From NCBI RefSeq assembly GCF_030028105.1, contig NC_092399.1, positions 24,200,881 through 24,264,880 on the forward strand: a stretch of DNA of 64,000 bases, in the 5' to 3' direction. The stretch comes from Mobula birostris. Lineage: Eukaryota. The notes beneath the pieces were generated by a model. That model ran no database searches, was not told the origin of the DNA, and saw nothing but the letters and a program-made list of their open reading frames with translations. This document shows, piece by piece, positions 39,698 to 52,445 of this stretch. Positions within the stretch are counted from its first letter, which is position 1, and each line of letters starts with the position of its first letter. Position numbers and translations under genes: made by a program.

Positions 39698-40219
39698 ACA
39701 TTCAGTGTCCACGTTATTAGATATCTCCTGTACCTAATAAAGTGGCCCCTGAATGTATGTTTGTAGTCTTCTGGGGCTGTACCCCATGTACTTTGAGATT
39801 CAACATTGTGCGATCAGAGATACTCTACTATGTACCACTGTTGTAATGCCTGGTTATTTCAGTTACTATCAGCTTGAACCAGTCTGACCATTCTCCTTTA
39901 ACTTCTCTCAGTAATAAGGCACTTTTGCACATAAATCTGGATTTTTTTTTTGTTGTTTTCGCACTGTTTCTGCAAATTCTAGAGACTGTTGTGTGGGAAA
40001 AAAAAAACCCAAGAGGTCAGCAGTTTCTGAGATATTGAAAATACCCTGTCTTGTAGCAGTGGTCAAAGTCACTTGGATTACATTTCTTCCCCATTCTGAT
40101 GTTTGGTCTGAACAACAACAACTGAACCTTTTGACCATGTCTGCATTAAGTTTCTGCCACATAATTGGCTGATTAGATATTTACATTAATGAGCAGATGT
40201 ACCTTATAAAGTGAGTGTA
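39698..40219 (-). mobile_element. Tc1-derived non-autonomous element
   Basis: Reverse complement of 51370-52510; cagtggccactttattaggtac-type termini. Confidence 0.7.
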
Positions 40220-40529
40220 TGTTCCATTTTTAAGATTTGCTTATTCTGAGTGAAGACTGTAATGAGTGTACAAAGAAACTCCAAATGAATGTCTTGAATA
40301 AGACTCTACATAGTAACAAACTGGTATGAAATAGAGCCATGAGGTATCTTGGGTTCAACCCATACAGGGTAGTACTTGGATAAGTAATCTTGATCTCAGG
40401 ACTATTGGACCACAGTTTAGGGAATTGTACAGCTGGACTTGTGTTCTCAATCACCCTGCTGTTGAATAGAACTAGGCTCTACTGCTATTCCCGTAATGAA
40501 AAGTTTACTAATATTTGAATGCTTGAGTT

Positions 40530-41020
40530 GATAGAACATGGAAGATTATGGCACAGTACCAGGCCTTCGGTGTTGTGTCAACCTTTTAACATGCTCTGAG
40601 AGAAATTTAACCCTCTGCTCCTACATAAACCTTGCATTTTTCTATTATCCATGTGCTGATTTCAGTGTTTCTTAAATGCTGTTTATGTACCTGCCTCTAC
40701 AACCACCCCTGACCACTCACTCACCACTCTGTGTAAAGAACTTACCTCTGACATCCCTCCTATGTGTTCCTCCAGTCACCTTAAAATTATGCCCCTTGTA
40801 TAAGCTATTTCTACCCTGAGAGAAAGTCCTTGGCTATCTACTCTATCTGTGCACCTTATATTGTACACCTCAATCAAATCACCTCTCATCCTCCTTCACT
40901 CCAGCTCACTCTATCTTCATAAGACATGTCCTCTAGTTCAGGCAGCATCCTGGTAAATCTCTGCACCCCCTCTAAAGCTTACACATCCTTCCTATAATGA
41001 GGCAACAAGATCAGAACACA
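40530..41020 (-). mobile_element. CR1 3' fragment
   Basis: Similar to 53000-53500. Confidence 0.75.
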
Positions 41021-41596
41021 GTTGTGGGAAGAATCACCATTGAAAGGTATAGGTGGATTCTAGGGCCTGAGGAATCATACCCAGATAAAATTCAGTGTGT
41101 TCAGCTGAGGAGTGCAGATTGATACAAGATGAAATAGATTCCTTTTGAGGCTTGAAGTTCTCAGAACTATAACTTAATCCAGTATGAAATTGTATTGAAG
41201 TTATGTAGCAAGTTATTAACTAATGGCAGCACCTTGCGGGAAAGCCAGTTTTAACCACACCTGCAGCATTCATTTGTGGATCAACAATCCCAATTGTTCA
41301 AATAAGTGTCAGGATACATCTCGTAGTTCAAAATTACAAAGGTCAAAAGTAAAAATGTCTACTAAAGGCAAATACATCTTTTTCTCCTTTATTCATCTCT
41401 GAGTTACTTCATCCTGTGCAGCATGTAAAGTGGATCGCTTATTTTGGGAGCATAATCAATAGTTGTGTAAACCAGCTATTTAGGTGAAGGAGGGTAACTT
41501 GTTTTCATTTTATTTTTCCCTTTCCCTGTATGCACTCTTTTTTAAAATCTTATAATCAGGGTACCTGCGTAAATAATGCGTAAACAATGTACTTAA

Positions 41597-41899
<303 letters not shown>

Positions 41900-42421
41900 G
41901 TAAGTCTAAAACCATGCTTAATCTATTAGCAGAAATTGACCTGTAGCAGGCAATTTTTCTCAGATGTTTTGAGTAGTTGTTGGAAATGAGGCAGGGAAGG
42001 TTGGTTCAGTAGAAGAGTGATTATATTGATGTCATCAAGCTTTGAACAAGTCTTCTAAATTCATTGCAATTCTGACACCTGCTTATTTTATTAATTTCTG
42101 CTAACCTGGAGATGTTTATGGTTTTATTTGCTTTTTAATCTATCATGGCGGGGAAACGAGGACCAATGGTGTCAACACTATGATATAACTTTTCATGGTT
42201 CACCATGTATACTGTGAACGTTTTGTCTGCAGTATTTGATTGTACCATTAGAAACTGAAGAGCTCTTGCAACAATTTCTAATACTTAAAATTTGATGACA
42301 TTTTCTAAGGTTGATCATTGTATTCTTTGTGCTGATGTGCTTTGAAGAATGTAGTTATCAAAGGTAGAACTAACATATGTTTTTTTAAAATCTCTTACAT
42401 TTTCTGTGTGAAATATGTTAG

Positions 42422-42617
42422 GTGAACCAGGCAGTGGGACAGAAAGTGACAATTCACCAGACTTCCAGAACCAGGAGAATGAACCCAACCAGGAGGACAC
42501 TGAGGAATTGGATGGGTCACACCTGCAGGGCGTGAAACCTCAGAAAGCAGCCTCCTCTACGTCATCCAGCAGTCACCATGGGAGTCACAAGAAAAGGAAA
42601 AATAAAAACCGTCACAG
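42422..42617 (+). CDS. MEAF6: MEAF6 exon 5
   Basis: ttag|GT; [21 protein letters not shown]...[10 protein letters not shown]; AG|GTAATT. Confidence 0.97.
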
Positions 42618-43147
42618 GTAATTATTTGAGGTTCATGAGATTCTCAGATGTGTGGGCTAGAGTGGATGAGTTTTGTGCAACTATTTCTGGGATTGTAGGG
42701 AACAAAATATGATGTGACATGGGATTTCCTTTGGTAATTTTTATAATAAATGAATAGCAGCTTATTGGAAATAATCAGTTTTACAAATTAAATTTAACGT
42801 ATTAGATGTAATGCTTTTGTTTTAGTGTCTGTTTGTTGCAAGGACTCTTCTCACTGACCCATCAACTCTTTTGCCTTTACATTAAATGGATTAGACAGAA
42901 TTAACGCTCTTACTGTTCTATGCAATAAGTTTTTGTTTTAAATCCTCTGATTTTTTTTCTATGGGTTTATAAATGTTGAATGGAAAACATTTTTGGATAT
43001 ATTTGTTTCTCCAGTAAATTTATCAAAATACCAGTAGTCTCTTGCCTTTTTGCTAAAAATTGTATATTTAAAAAAGGTTGAGACTCTGGTTTGGATAATT
43101 GATATGTTAACGTGTTGCTTTCTTTCCTCCTTTATGCTACCATCAAG

Positions 43148-43177
43148 CCCATCTGGCATGTTTGATTATGACTTTGA
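43148..43177 (+). CDS. MEAF6: MEAF6 alternative 30-nt cassette exon 6 (SPSGMFDYDFE)
   Basis: Pyrimidine tract, tgc, caag|C; GA|GTAAGT; frame-preserving; peptide matches the known long vertebrate isoform. Confidence 0.9.
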
Positions 43178-44685
43178 GTAAGTTTGCTTTCTGTCAGTAT
43201 ATGTGCTGTCTCTTTTCCAGTATTCCCCTTTACTGTGATGTGTAGACTGTAGACATTTATGGAAGTATCTTTGCCAGTAGTTTTAGGATTGAATACTCAC
43301 TGATATATAATTGTATATAGATTACCAAACACTAAATTCTTCTTGTGTTCAGGATATATTCTGTGCATAAGGATGATGATATAATACTGAGTGAACTTTG
43401 TATTAAATCTCCTAATAAATGGTTGTCAGTCATTGAGACTTTTGAGCAAGTGTAGGAACCTCTGCTGGTGAGCAGAATGTGTGTTTGCACTCCACAGTTG
43501 TTTCATCTCACTAGTGATGCATGTATTTTAGCATTGATCAATGTATTTTTCATAATTCTGCAGCTTTGGAAAAATACCATAAATACCCTTCAGTAAGTTA
43601 AGTAAGAATATCTTTATAGAAAAAGACAGATAAGCACCTTAATGCAAGTTACAAAGCAAGCAGGACTGTGGATATTAATAATTTCCCACAAATCCTTAAG
43701 TTAGGTCTTTTTCATCTTTATTTGAACTTGAATGATACTGATTGCAAATAAAATCCTTGGGTATAAAATGGTTTATTGAAGAATTTTGTTTCTAGTGTGT
43801 GTCATTTTGATATTTAACATTGCATAGCAAGTATATAAATATTAGAACCTGTGTCTAAATATGTGAGCATGTATAAAGTTATATTTTATCGTTTTGCATT
43901 TCAAGTTGACGTTGATCAGCATGATTTTCTGTGGCTGTTTCAGTGTATTGGTTGGATGTCTTAATACTTTGCCCTGGAAAAGAGCACCTTAATAAATAGC
44001 CATTTTGAGATGAATTAAATTTTTAGTGCCTCTACAAGTTTTGCTATTTTAGACTCTTGAGTCAGATACAGCTGCTATTAATGAGATCCAAATAACCCTT
44101 ATGCATCCGCAAAATGATTGAGTTTTATTCATTTTCTGGTGAATGTACAGTATGTCCACTACTCATAATTTGACCGTGAACCAGATTAGCCAAGTTGTAG
44201 TGTAAGATCCAAAATGAGTTCAAATAGGAAAATTTTAGTCTATGATTCCAACCTCCAGCAATGGCCAGATGACATTAAGTTCCCTTTCTTCCTCTCCTAT
44301 GTGCTACTTTTTGAACTCTTTGGCTTTAGTCCTGTCAGTTTCGGAAAATGTAAAACATAACAATAACTTTCAGCCCTAACTATACATTTGATCTATATAA
44401 TTGACAGAATTTATCATGTTCCGTTCTTTCAACATTGTGACCCAACTTTCGATTTAGAAAGGTGACAATGAAATAACTTTAAACGTTAGTTTGTGCAAGA
44501 TGCTGTTTTAGTTACGGGGCTGGTAAGAGGCCAAGAAATAAACTGAAATAGAATAACCATTTAAGGAGAAACAAGTTATAAACTGAAATAAATGGTTTGA
44601 TGTTCTGGTTGTTGCTGTTGATATCAATGGATGGTAAGTGTGATTTTTCAAGTAACAATGTCAAATATTCTGATTTTAATTATAG

Positions 44686-44719
44686 GATTGATATCAAGCT
44701 GAATAAAAAGCCAAGAAGT
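44686..44719 (+). CDS. MEAF6: MEAF6 exon 7
   Basis: tatag|G; IDIKLNKKPRS; AGT|GTAAGT. Confidence 0.95.
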
Positions 44720-44979
44720 GTAAGTACAACTTGTATTATTTATCTTGCCAAGTTTTAGAATGTTGTGGAGTATCTCTGTGATCTAAAATGAGGGAGTGAA
44801 TTGATTTCAGATGGAAGTAGCTGAAGGTGAAGTATGTTACCTAGTTTATAATCTTAACAATCGGAGATAACAATGCTTTCTCTGTACCCCAGTAGTGAAT
44901 AGTGGTGGATAATTAAGTACCTCAGAAGTGGACAGATTTCAAAGGTAGCAGAACACCCCAGCTTTGTTGCAGAAGACCA

Positions 44980-46550
44980 GGATGGAGAAGTATGTGAAAC
45001 TGCCCTTAGCAAGGAGAACTGATCAATTCACCTCTGTTGTTCCTGAATTTCCGCTGTATTTCACAGCTGGTCTTTTGCCAAATTCAGTTCAGTCCATGAT
45101 ATCGAAAAACAACTAAAAGCAGTGGATACCCCAGAACTAGTTACAGTTATAGCCACATTACAGCAGAACAATTATATTTATGATATGAAATGATGCCCAA
45201 GTATGTCCCGTCCAGAAAACCAGAAAATCAAATCCAGTTAATTATTGTCCCATTGGCAAAGGTATCATCAACATTGTTGTCTGCCACCATTTTCTCACTA
45301 ACAGATCTAACTAACACTATCTGGTGTGCCAGCATCATTTATTCCAGGCTATGATGCAAAGGAACTTAATTCCAGAGGTAAAGTAAGATGTCCGTGGTAT
45401 TTTGGCGTAATCCAATTGAGTGGCATGAAGGAGTCCAAGTAAAACTGGAGACATTTGAAACCTAGGGGAAAACTCCCTACTGTCTAGCATTGTATCTGGC
45501 ACATAGGACAATAGCTCAATAGTTCTGTTTAATATCAGAGAATTGTATACAATATGCATCCTGAAATTCTTGTTCTTCGCAGACATCCATGAAAACAGAG
45601 GAGTGCCCCAAAGAATGAATGATAGTAAAAACGTTAGAATCCCGAAACCTCTCTCTCCTCCCCAACAATTGTTGTAGCAGTTGAAATAGATCATTTCATT
45701 GTTAATGTTATTTCTATCAGAAAGAGACTATTCAGTCCATGCTGGTTTTTATAGCAATGCTGGTTGTTAACTCCTCTTCTCCACCCATTTCTCTGCAATG
45801 TACTCAACACCCTATTGGCTCACCTGCCCTGACTTACTTGCACAAGGGTCTGTTAGCTAGGTGGCCAAGCAATCAGCAGGTCTTTGTTATGCAGAAGGAA
45901 ACAGGAGCTCATGTAGGTATTTCATGTGGTAACAGAACAATGTGCAAACTCACCCAGAGTCAGAAATCAGGACCAAGAAATAATCATAACACCTTGTGCC
46001 AGAGAATGAGCAATATCAGCAAGGCAGAATCTATCAAACTCTTCAATGACTTACCATCATCAAATCTTCCATCATCAAGGGTTCTTAGGGTTGCCAATAA
46101 CCAGAAGCTTAATTGGATGAGCTTACATAAAGTCTGACCCTGCAAGGGAAGTTCAGTGACTGGGTATTTTGCAGAGTATGGCTCCCACAAAGCACAAGCC
46201 AGGAGTATGATGGCATACTCTCCAGTTTTCTAAATGAGTGCAACAGGATGAAGAAACTGCAACCATCCAGAACAAAGCAGCGCATGATAGGCTGCCATTC
46301 CACCATCCCTGACTCTACCAAAGCAAGCTTCCATTTTACATATTGGATCTTGAACAATATACCTCAAATCTATTGTCTGATTGATTCTAGAATAAAGACA
46401 TCAGCCGTAAAGGAATGTCAAAGTTTGAGTGTTATCCTCCGAACTGGGAAATATATTGCACTTTTGTCATTAGGTGTAAATACTGGAAACTCTAATCCAG
46501 TAGCACTCAAGGACCATCAATACCACATGGATAGCATTAAGAAATACTAA
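44980..46550 (+). mobile_element. Ancient degenerate LINE (RT remnant) with younger insertions
   Basis: Residual similarity to the - strand remnant at ~61560-62990; interrupted by SINE and LINE-tail pieces at ~45520-45990. Confidence 0.45.
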
Positions 46551-46586
46551 TTATGCATTTTAGGTTAATTTTGTGAACTAAAAATA

Positions 46587-48209
46587 CAGTGGCATGCAAA
46601 AGTTTGGGCACCCCTGGTCAAAATTTCTGTTACTGTGAATAGCTAAGTGAGTAAAAGATGACCTGATTTCCAAAAGGCATAAGGTTAAAGATGACACATT
46701 TCTTTAATGTTTTAAGGAATATTACTTTTTTATTTCCATCTTTTACAGTTTCAAAATAACAAAAAAGGAAAAGGGCACGAAGCTATGGCTTGTTGACAGT
46801 CATCGTTAGGAAAGGTCAGGTTATGCAAATTTCAAAACTTTATAAGTACTCTGACTCCTCAAACCTTGTCCCAACAATCAGCAGCCATGGGCTCCTCTAA
46901 GCAGCTGCCTAGCACTCTGAAAATTAGAATAATTGATGCCCACAAAGCAGGAGAAAGCTATAAGAAGATAGCAAAGCGTTTTCAGGTAGCCGTTTCCTCA
47001 GTTTGTAATGTAATTAAGAAATGGCAGTTAACAGGAATGGTGGGGGTCAGATTGAGGTCTGGAGGTCCAAGAAAACTTTCCAAGAGAGCTGCTCATAGGA
47101 TTGCTAAAAAGGCAAATCAAAACCCCCATTTGACTGCAAAAGACCTTCAGGAAAATTTAGCAGACTCTGGAGTGGTGGTGTACTGTTCTACTGTGCAGCG
47201 ACACCTGCACAAATATGACCTTCATGGAAGAGTCATCAAAAGAAAACCTTTCCTGCGTCCTCACCACAAAATTCAGCGTCAGAAGTTTGCAAAGGAACAT
47301 CTAAACAAGCCTGATGCATTTTGGAAACAAGTCCTGTGGACTGATGAAGTTAAAATAGAACATTTTGGCCGCAATGAGCAAAGGTATGTTTGGAGAAAAA
47401 AGGGAGCAGAATTTCATGAAAAGAACACCTCTCCAACTGTTAAGCACGGGGGTGGATCGATCATGCTTTGGGCTTGTGTTGCAGCCAGTGGCACGGGAAA
47501 CATTTCACTGGTAGAGGGAAGAATGAATTCAAATACCAGCATATTCTGGAAGCAAACATCACACCATCTGTAAAAAAGCTGAAGATGAAAAGAGGATGGC
47601 TTCTACAACAGGATAATAATCCTAAACACATCTCAAAATCCACAATGGACTACCTCAAGAGGCGCAAGCTGAAGGTTTTGCCATGGCCCTCACAGTCCCC
47701 CAACCTAAACATCATCGAGAATCTGTGGATAGACCTCAAAAGAGCAGTGCATGCAAGACAGCCCAAGAATCTCACAGAACTAGAAATCTTTTGCAAGGAA
47801 GAATGGGTGAAAATCCCCCAAACAAGAATTGAAAGACTCTTAGCTGGCTACAGAAAGTGTTTACAAACTGTGATACTTGCCAAAAGGGGTGTTACTAAGT
47901 ACTGACCATGCAGGGTCAGTATGGTCAGTATTTAGTCCTAACAAGCTAATTAAGGTCTGAGACCTTGGCAAAAGTTACCTGAGAGCTCAAATCTCTTGGG
48001 GTGCCCAAACATTTGCATGGTGCTCCTTTCCTTTTTTTCATTCTAAAATTGTACAAAACAAAAATAATACTCCAATCTTGCTTAAAATGTTGAAAAGAAT
48101 GTTTCATCTTTAACTATGACTTTTGGAGATCAGTTCATCTTTTACTCACTTAACTATTCACAGTAATAGAAATTTTGACCAGGGGCGCCCAAACCTTTGC
48201 ATGCCACTG
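46587..48209 (+). mobile_element. Tc1 element C (DD34E) in MEAF6 intron 7
   Basis: Termini cagtggcatgcaaaagtttggg / cccaaacctttgcatgccactg; transposase 46887-47905 (VLWTDE, QQDN, IENLW) with one frameshift near 47530. Confidence 0.95.
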
Positions 48210-48502
48210 GTATATTTTTACACTAACAATGAAACATAAATTAAGTCAGGGTGGAAAGAATTATTTTGGAACCATTTTTTAAATAATTAGATGTGCTGTT
48301 AAATTGATCTTTCACTGATTACTGCAAGTCACTATTTAACATTCAAAGTGAATCTCCAAGCTTCAGTAGTAGTTCAATGTAAAATTGTTCTGTCTTTCAC
48401 TCTTAGGTCATTTTATCTGATCTAGATAATATGCTTAGTTGTGAAAATATGTTGGGTATTTTGATTCTTGATGTAATTTTTAAAAATTTATCATTTACAT
48501 AG

Positions 48503-48511
48503 GATTACTAA
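48503..48511 (+). CDS. MEAF6: MEAF6 final coding exon (D-Y-stop)
   Basis: catag|GAT TAC TAA gives the conserved C-terminal DY; CDS 579 nt, or 609 nt with exon 6. Confidence 0.9.
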   Translation, partial: DY

Positions 48512-49341
48512 AGGACCTTTGCCAGTTGCAGATGCCAAGATCAAAGTTTAAGGAACATGGACATAAAACAAAACATTAAAATCGAGTTGCTTCAGGCATT
48601 TGCCATGATTTTAACTGATCTCTACTATATGAAGGCAGCCTTGCCTCCTCCTGGTGTTCGAGGCCACACATTGCGTCTTTATCAGCTACATCTGATTTGT
48701 GTTCATTTGGACGTCACTGTTTGATTACAGCCCATTTGTTTGTTATTTGTACAAGTAAGGCATCCATTGGGTTTTATAACCAATTTAAATTGTCATGGGG
48801 TGAGGGGAAACTGGGGAATTAATTGGTCGATTTTATGTCTGTTGTGACTCAGTTTAACTATTTGATGTTACCTGTGACATTTATGTGAGATTGTATTCTA
48901 CATAAAGTGTTGTGTTTCATTTGGTAAAATTCAAATTTTAAATCTCTTATTGGAAGTTCCTGTTTCACTTTGAGTACAAATGGTGGTTTATTTTACTTTG
49001 TCCTGAAATTAATTTGAAATAATTTCTTCTGTGCTGGATTGTGCCTTTACAGATTTTGTATGCAGGCACATTGTTCTCATTTTGGGGTCAAAGCCTTGTG
49101 TAGCTGTGAGTGTGAGAAAAGCACAGAAGGCCATAATCTCCAGATATTTCTAAATGGACTCAATGGAGTTAGATTTAATAGCAACATGTGGTTTTATTTT
49201 TTTGAACCCATTATATTTTTTGTGCTTTGGATATTGTATGTATAAATATTACCTTTTTAATTTGTACAATTATGACATTTTTTGGACACATGGCTTTATT
49301 ATTTTTTTTAAAGAAGGAAAATGGATTTGTGACCATTTTGT

Positions 49342-49347
49342 ATTAAA
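49342..49347 (+). terminator. Candidate MEAF6 polyadenylation signal ATTAAA
   Basis: Ends an AU-rich 3' UTR and is followed by a U/GU-rich element. Confidence 0.5.
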
Positions 49348-49455
49348 GAAGTTAAATATAATTTGTTGTTTATTCGGTTATTGATTGGTTTTCACCCCAA
49401 AAACTGATGGGAAATACTTGACCTAGCTGATAAGTATAAACTTATGTCAAAGGAT

Positions 49456-49664
49456 AGCCGGCCGGTGGTGGAGTGGCATCCGCATTGGAGGTCAAGGTGA
49501 GTGATCCCGGATTTGAATCTGGCTGGCTCCTTACACGCTTTCCATCTCTGTTGGGTTGAGCGTTGAGCTAGCAACTTGGCCTTGTAGAAAATAGGCAAAA
49601 ATGCAAAAGAAACGGCAAGCTTGCCACCCGATGCACCACAAGGCACGGAAAGGAACAGCAGCAG
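49456..49664 (+). mobile_element. tRNA-headed SINE with 11-bp TSD
   Basis: TSD tgtcaaaggat at 49445 and 49665; A-box-like tggtggagtgg, B-box-like ggatttgaatc; (CAG)3 tail. Confidence 0.8.
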
Positions 49665-51880
49665 TGTCAAAGGATGACACGAGCTTCAGTAGTGGGTGTG
49701 GTTTGCTTGAATAATTGGATATGTACAATAGTTCCCTGGCCACTTGAGTAAGATGACATGTCATTCTACCTCTTAAATGCCTAATCTTAGGTGATTCTTT
49801 ATTACATACTGATGAGCATTGAAGTGCAGAAAATGTATTATCTGGGGATAGATTTTGGGGTCTTCTGGGGTCTTGTTATTCAGCTCAATGTAAAAGATAA
49901 CATTGCATTGTTTAAAAAATTAAGCATGCAATTTCTCCCAAAGTAGTTAACACTATTTATTCTAGAATAGTTCAACCTCTTAGACTGAATAATTTTTCTC
50001 ATTGCTGGTTTTGAGTTTTGCCATAAGTAGGTTGTCCATCATGTTTGGCTCTGTGGTGGTAACTGCATTCAGAGATTTAAGATAGATATAAAAGAAAAAT
50101 TATATTGAAAGCATTGTTTTGGATTTGACAGTATCATCACTGTAGAATTAAGAATAGGGTTAGTGGCTTTTCTCTGTTAAAGGCTTCGTGTGAAATGAAC
50201 TTTCAAAATTGCAACTACGTTACCCTACATTACACACTTAACTGAGTTTTTTGATTGTACACTAAAATATTTAAAATAGCATGGAAGTTGGAATATCTTA
50301 AACAAAGTAACCTGCAACAGCTTCAACCTCAAATGAAACATCTTCCATGGCAGTGGAAAACATATGTGAATATTCAATTTTAGTAAACCATAGTTACAGG
50401 AGTTATGTGCTTGACGAAGTCCATTTTGAAGACCTCCACACTATCTCTGATGTGGTAGCCCTGGACGCCAGCCTGTTAGGATTAATGTTCCCATCACTCC
50501 TGATCAGTAAGAAACAGAAAAGGCCATATCCTTTTTTTTTTAAAAAAAACAAGACCCTTAGAGCCAACAATTTGCCTGAGAATTTCTAAAACTTGGGTGG
50601 TAAAGAGCAGAAGTCACAAATCCTCATTGTCCACATCTTAGAAGGGAACAATAAATCATTGCTGGAGATGGAACTTCTGACTGTTGATTAAAGAGGCCCC
50701 TTTGCTGTTAAATAGAAGGGAAGTCATTGCCAGGGTCTTCCTCAACTATCTTCCAGTAGCCAAGGAGCAGCTCCTTGAATCACAGTGCAAATTCCATCCA
50801 TGTAAAGAAATGGCAGATCTGCACTTCCCTGAGTTACAGATCCAGGAGAAGCGCAGGAAGCAGTAGTAATCATTGTTTATATCCCTTTTAAGCCTCATTA
50901 ATGTCTTTGATTCCAATTGGAAAATATGTTGGAACACTACCTTCTAATTAGATACATTACCCACAGAAATTTGTACCTTTTCATTTTGATGGTATGCAAA
51001 ATGTAATCCTAATCAACATGCCTGTGACAGCAATCAAAATGAAGACCAGCGTCAAACAAAGCAGCATTATCCACCTCCCCCCAAGTCTTACGTCAATGCT
51101 GCATCTTTCCTTTAAACATCTTGCAGGAAAAAAGCTGATCTTCAGATCTAATTGAAAAAACTCAGTTTATGGCACCACATTCCAGAGCCAAGATTACTCC
51201 AACCACAGTGTCAAGCTACAGTATTATGTGTATGTGCATTCTGTATCTGCAAATCAAAAGGTCAATCTACCAAACTGGCCCTGATCTACAATATTGCTTT
51301 CCAAACAAAAAAAAAAGTTTATGAACACGAGCAAATCTGCAGAAAAGTTCATGATCTGGATTACTTCTACACTCAGTGGCCACTTTATTCCATTCACTTG
51401 TACACCTCGTTAATGGAAATATCTAATCAGCCAATTGTGGCAGCAATTCAATTCATAAAAGCATGCAGAATATGATCTGGGATTCCCCATATGGGGTCCA
51501 CGGACCCTTTGCTTAATGGTATTGGCCCATGGCATAAAGAAGTTTAGTTGTTCAAACCTTGCATCAGAGTGGGGAAGAAATGTGATTTTGACCCATGGAA
51601 TGAACGTTGGTGCCAGATAGGGTGGTTTGAATATCTCAGAAACTGCTGATGTGGGACTTTAAGACACAGCGGTCTCTATAGAGTTTACAGAGAATGATGC
51701 GAAAAACAAACTATTCAGTGAGCAGCGGTTCTGTGGGTGAAAACACGTTGTTAATGGGAGAGGTCAGAGGGGAAAGGCCAGACCGGTTCAAGCTGACAGG
51801 AAGGTGACAACAGCTCAAATAACCATAGTAGTGTGCAGAAGAACATCTCTGAACACACCACACGTTGAAGTGGATGGGAT

Positions 51881-52445
51881 GTGTTGTGTTCGTCCATCGT
51901 CGACGTTGATAAGGACCTCAACACCATTTGATGGTGTCGAGACTAGCACGTGACTTGGATTTAAGTGAGGGAGAGTTGTGCGGCGTCAGCCTCACTCTCT
52001 GTTCCCAATTTCCACCTGGATCCAGTGGCAAGACAGAGTCGAGACGGCTGGAGATGGGACTAGGTGCAATGGATGACCAGGACATCTTCTGTGTCTTGTC
52101 CTGCTCTACACGTTCCACGACGCTTGCAGAGACCGCCTTCTTGACCGTTGGACCTTCCATTGATCTCGTCCGCTCAATCCGCCAGAGTCTGTTGTTGCAT
52201 ACTGGGATAGACAACTCCCTATCTCACCGAGGGTTTGAGACTCATCGGCTACCCTCACCTGGTTTACCCGGCTTGTCGAAGCCGTTGCCTGGGGTGTGGC
52301 CGCTGTTGCATGTATACAGCTACGGGGAGCCACAGGTGAGAGCTGAGTGCTAGGTGGGGACCAAAGGTGGACTAACCGCCCTGAAAAGGACGTGACATGT
52401 TCCCCCACCAGAGGTGCTACCCCTCCCTGACACGCCATACACCCC
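51881..52445 (-). mobile_element. 565-bp non-autonomous retroelement (RTE-like family 2) with 12-bp TSD
   Basis: TSD agtggatgggat at 51869-51880 and 52446-52457; 3' tail ...acacaacac; no RT. Confidence 0.85.
52254..52445 (-). ncRNA. HDV-like ribozyme fold at the element 5' end; this copy lacks the catalytic C
   Basis: P1 GGGGUGU/ACACCCC, P2 CUCACCUG/CAGGUGAG, P3 GGC/GCC, L3 starting UCCCCGU, (A)GGCAAC junction, P4 CGGCUU/AAGCCG. Confidence 0.7.
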
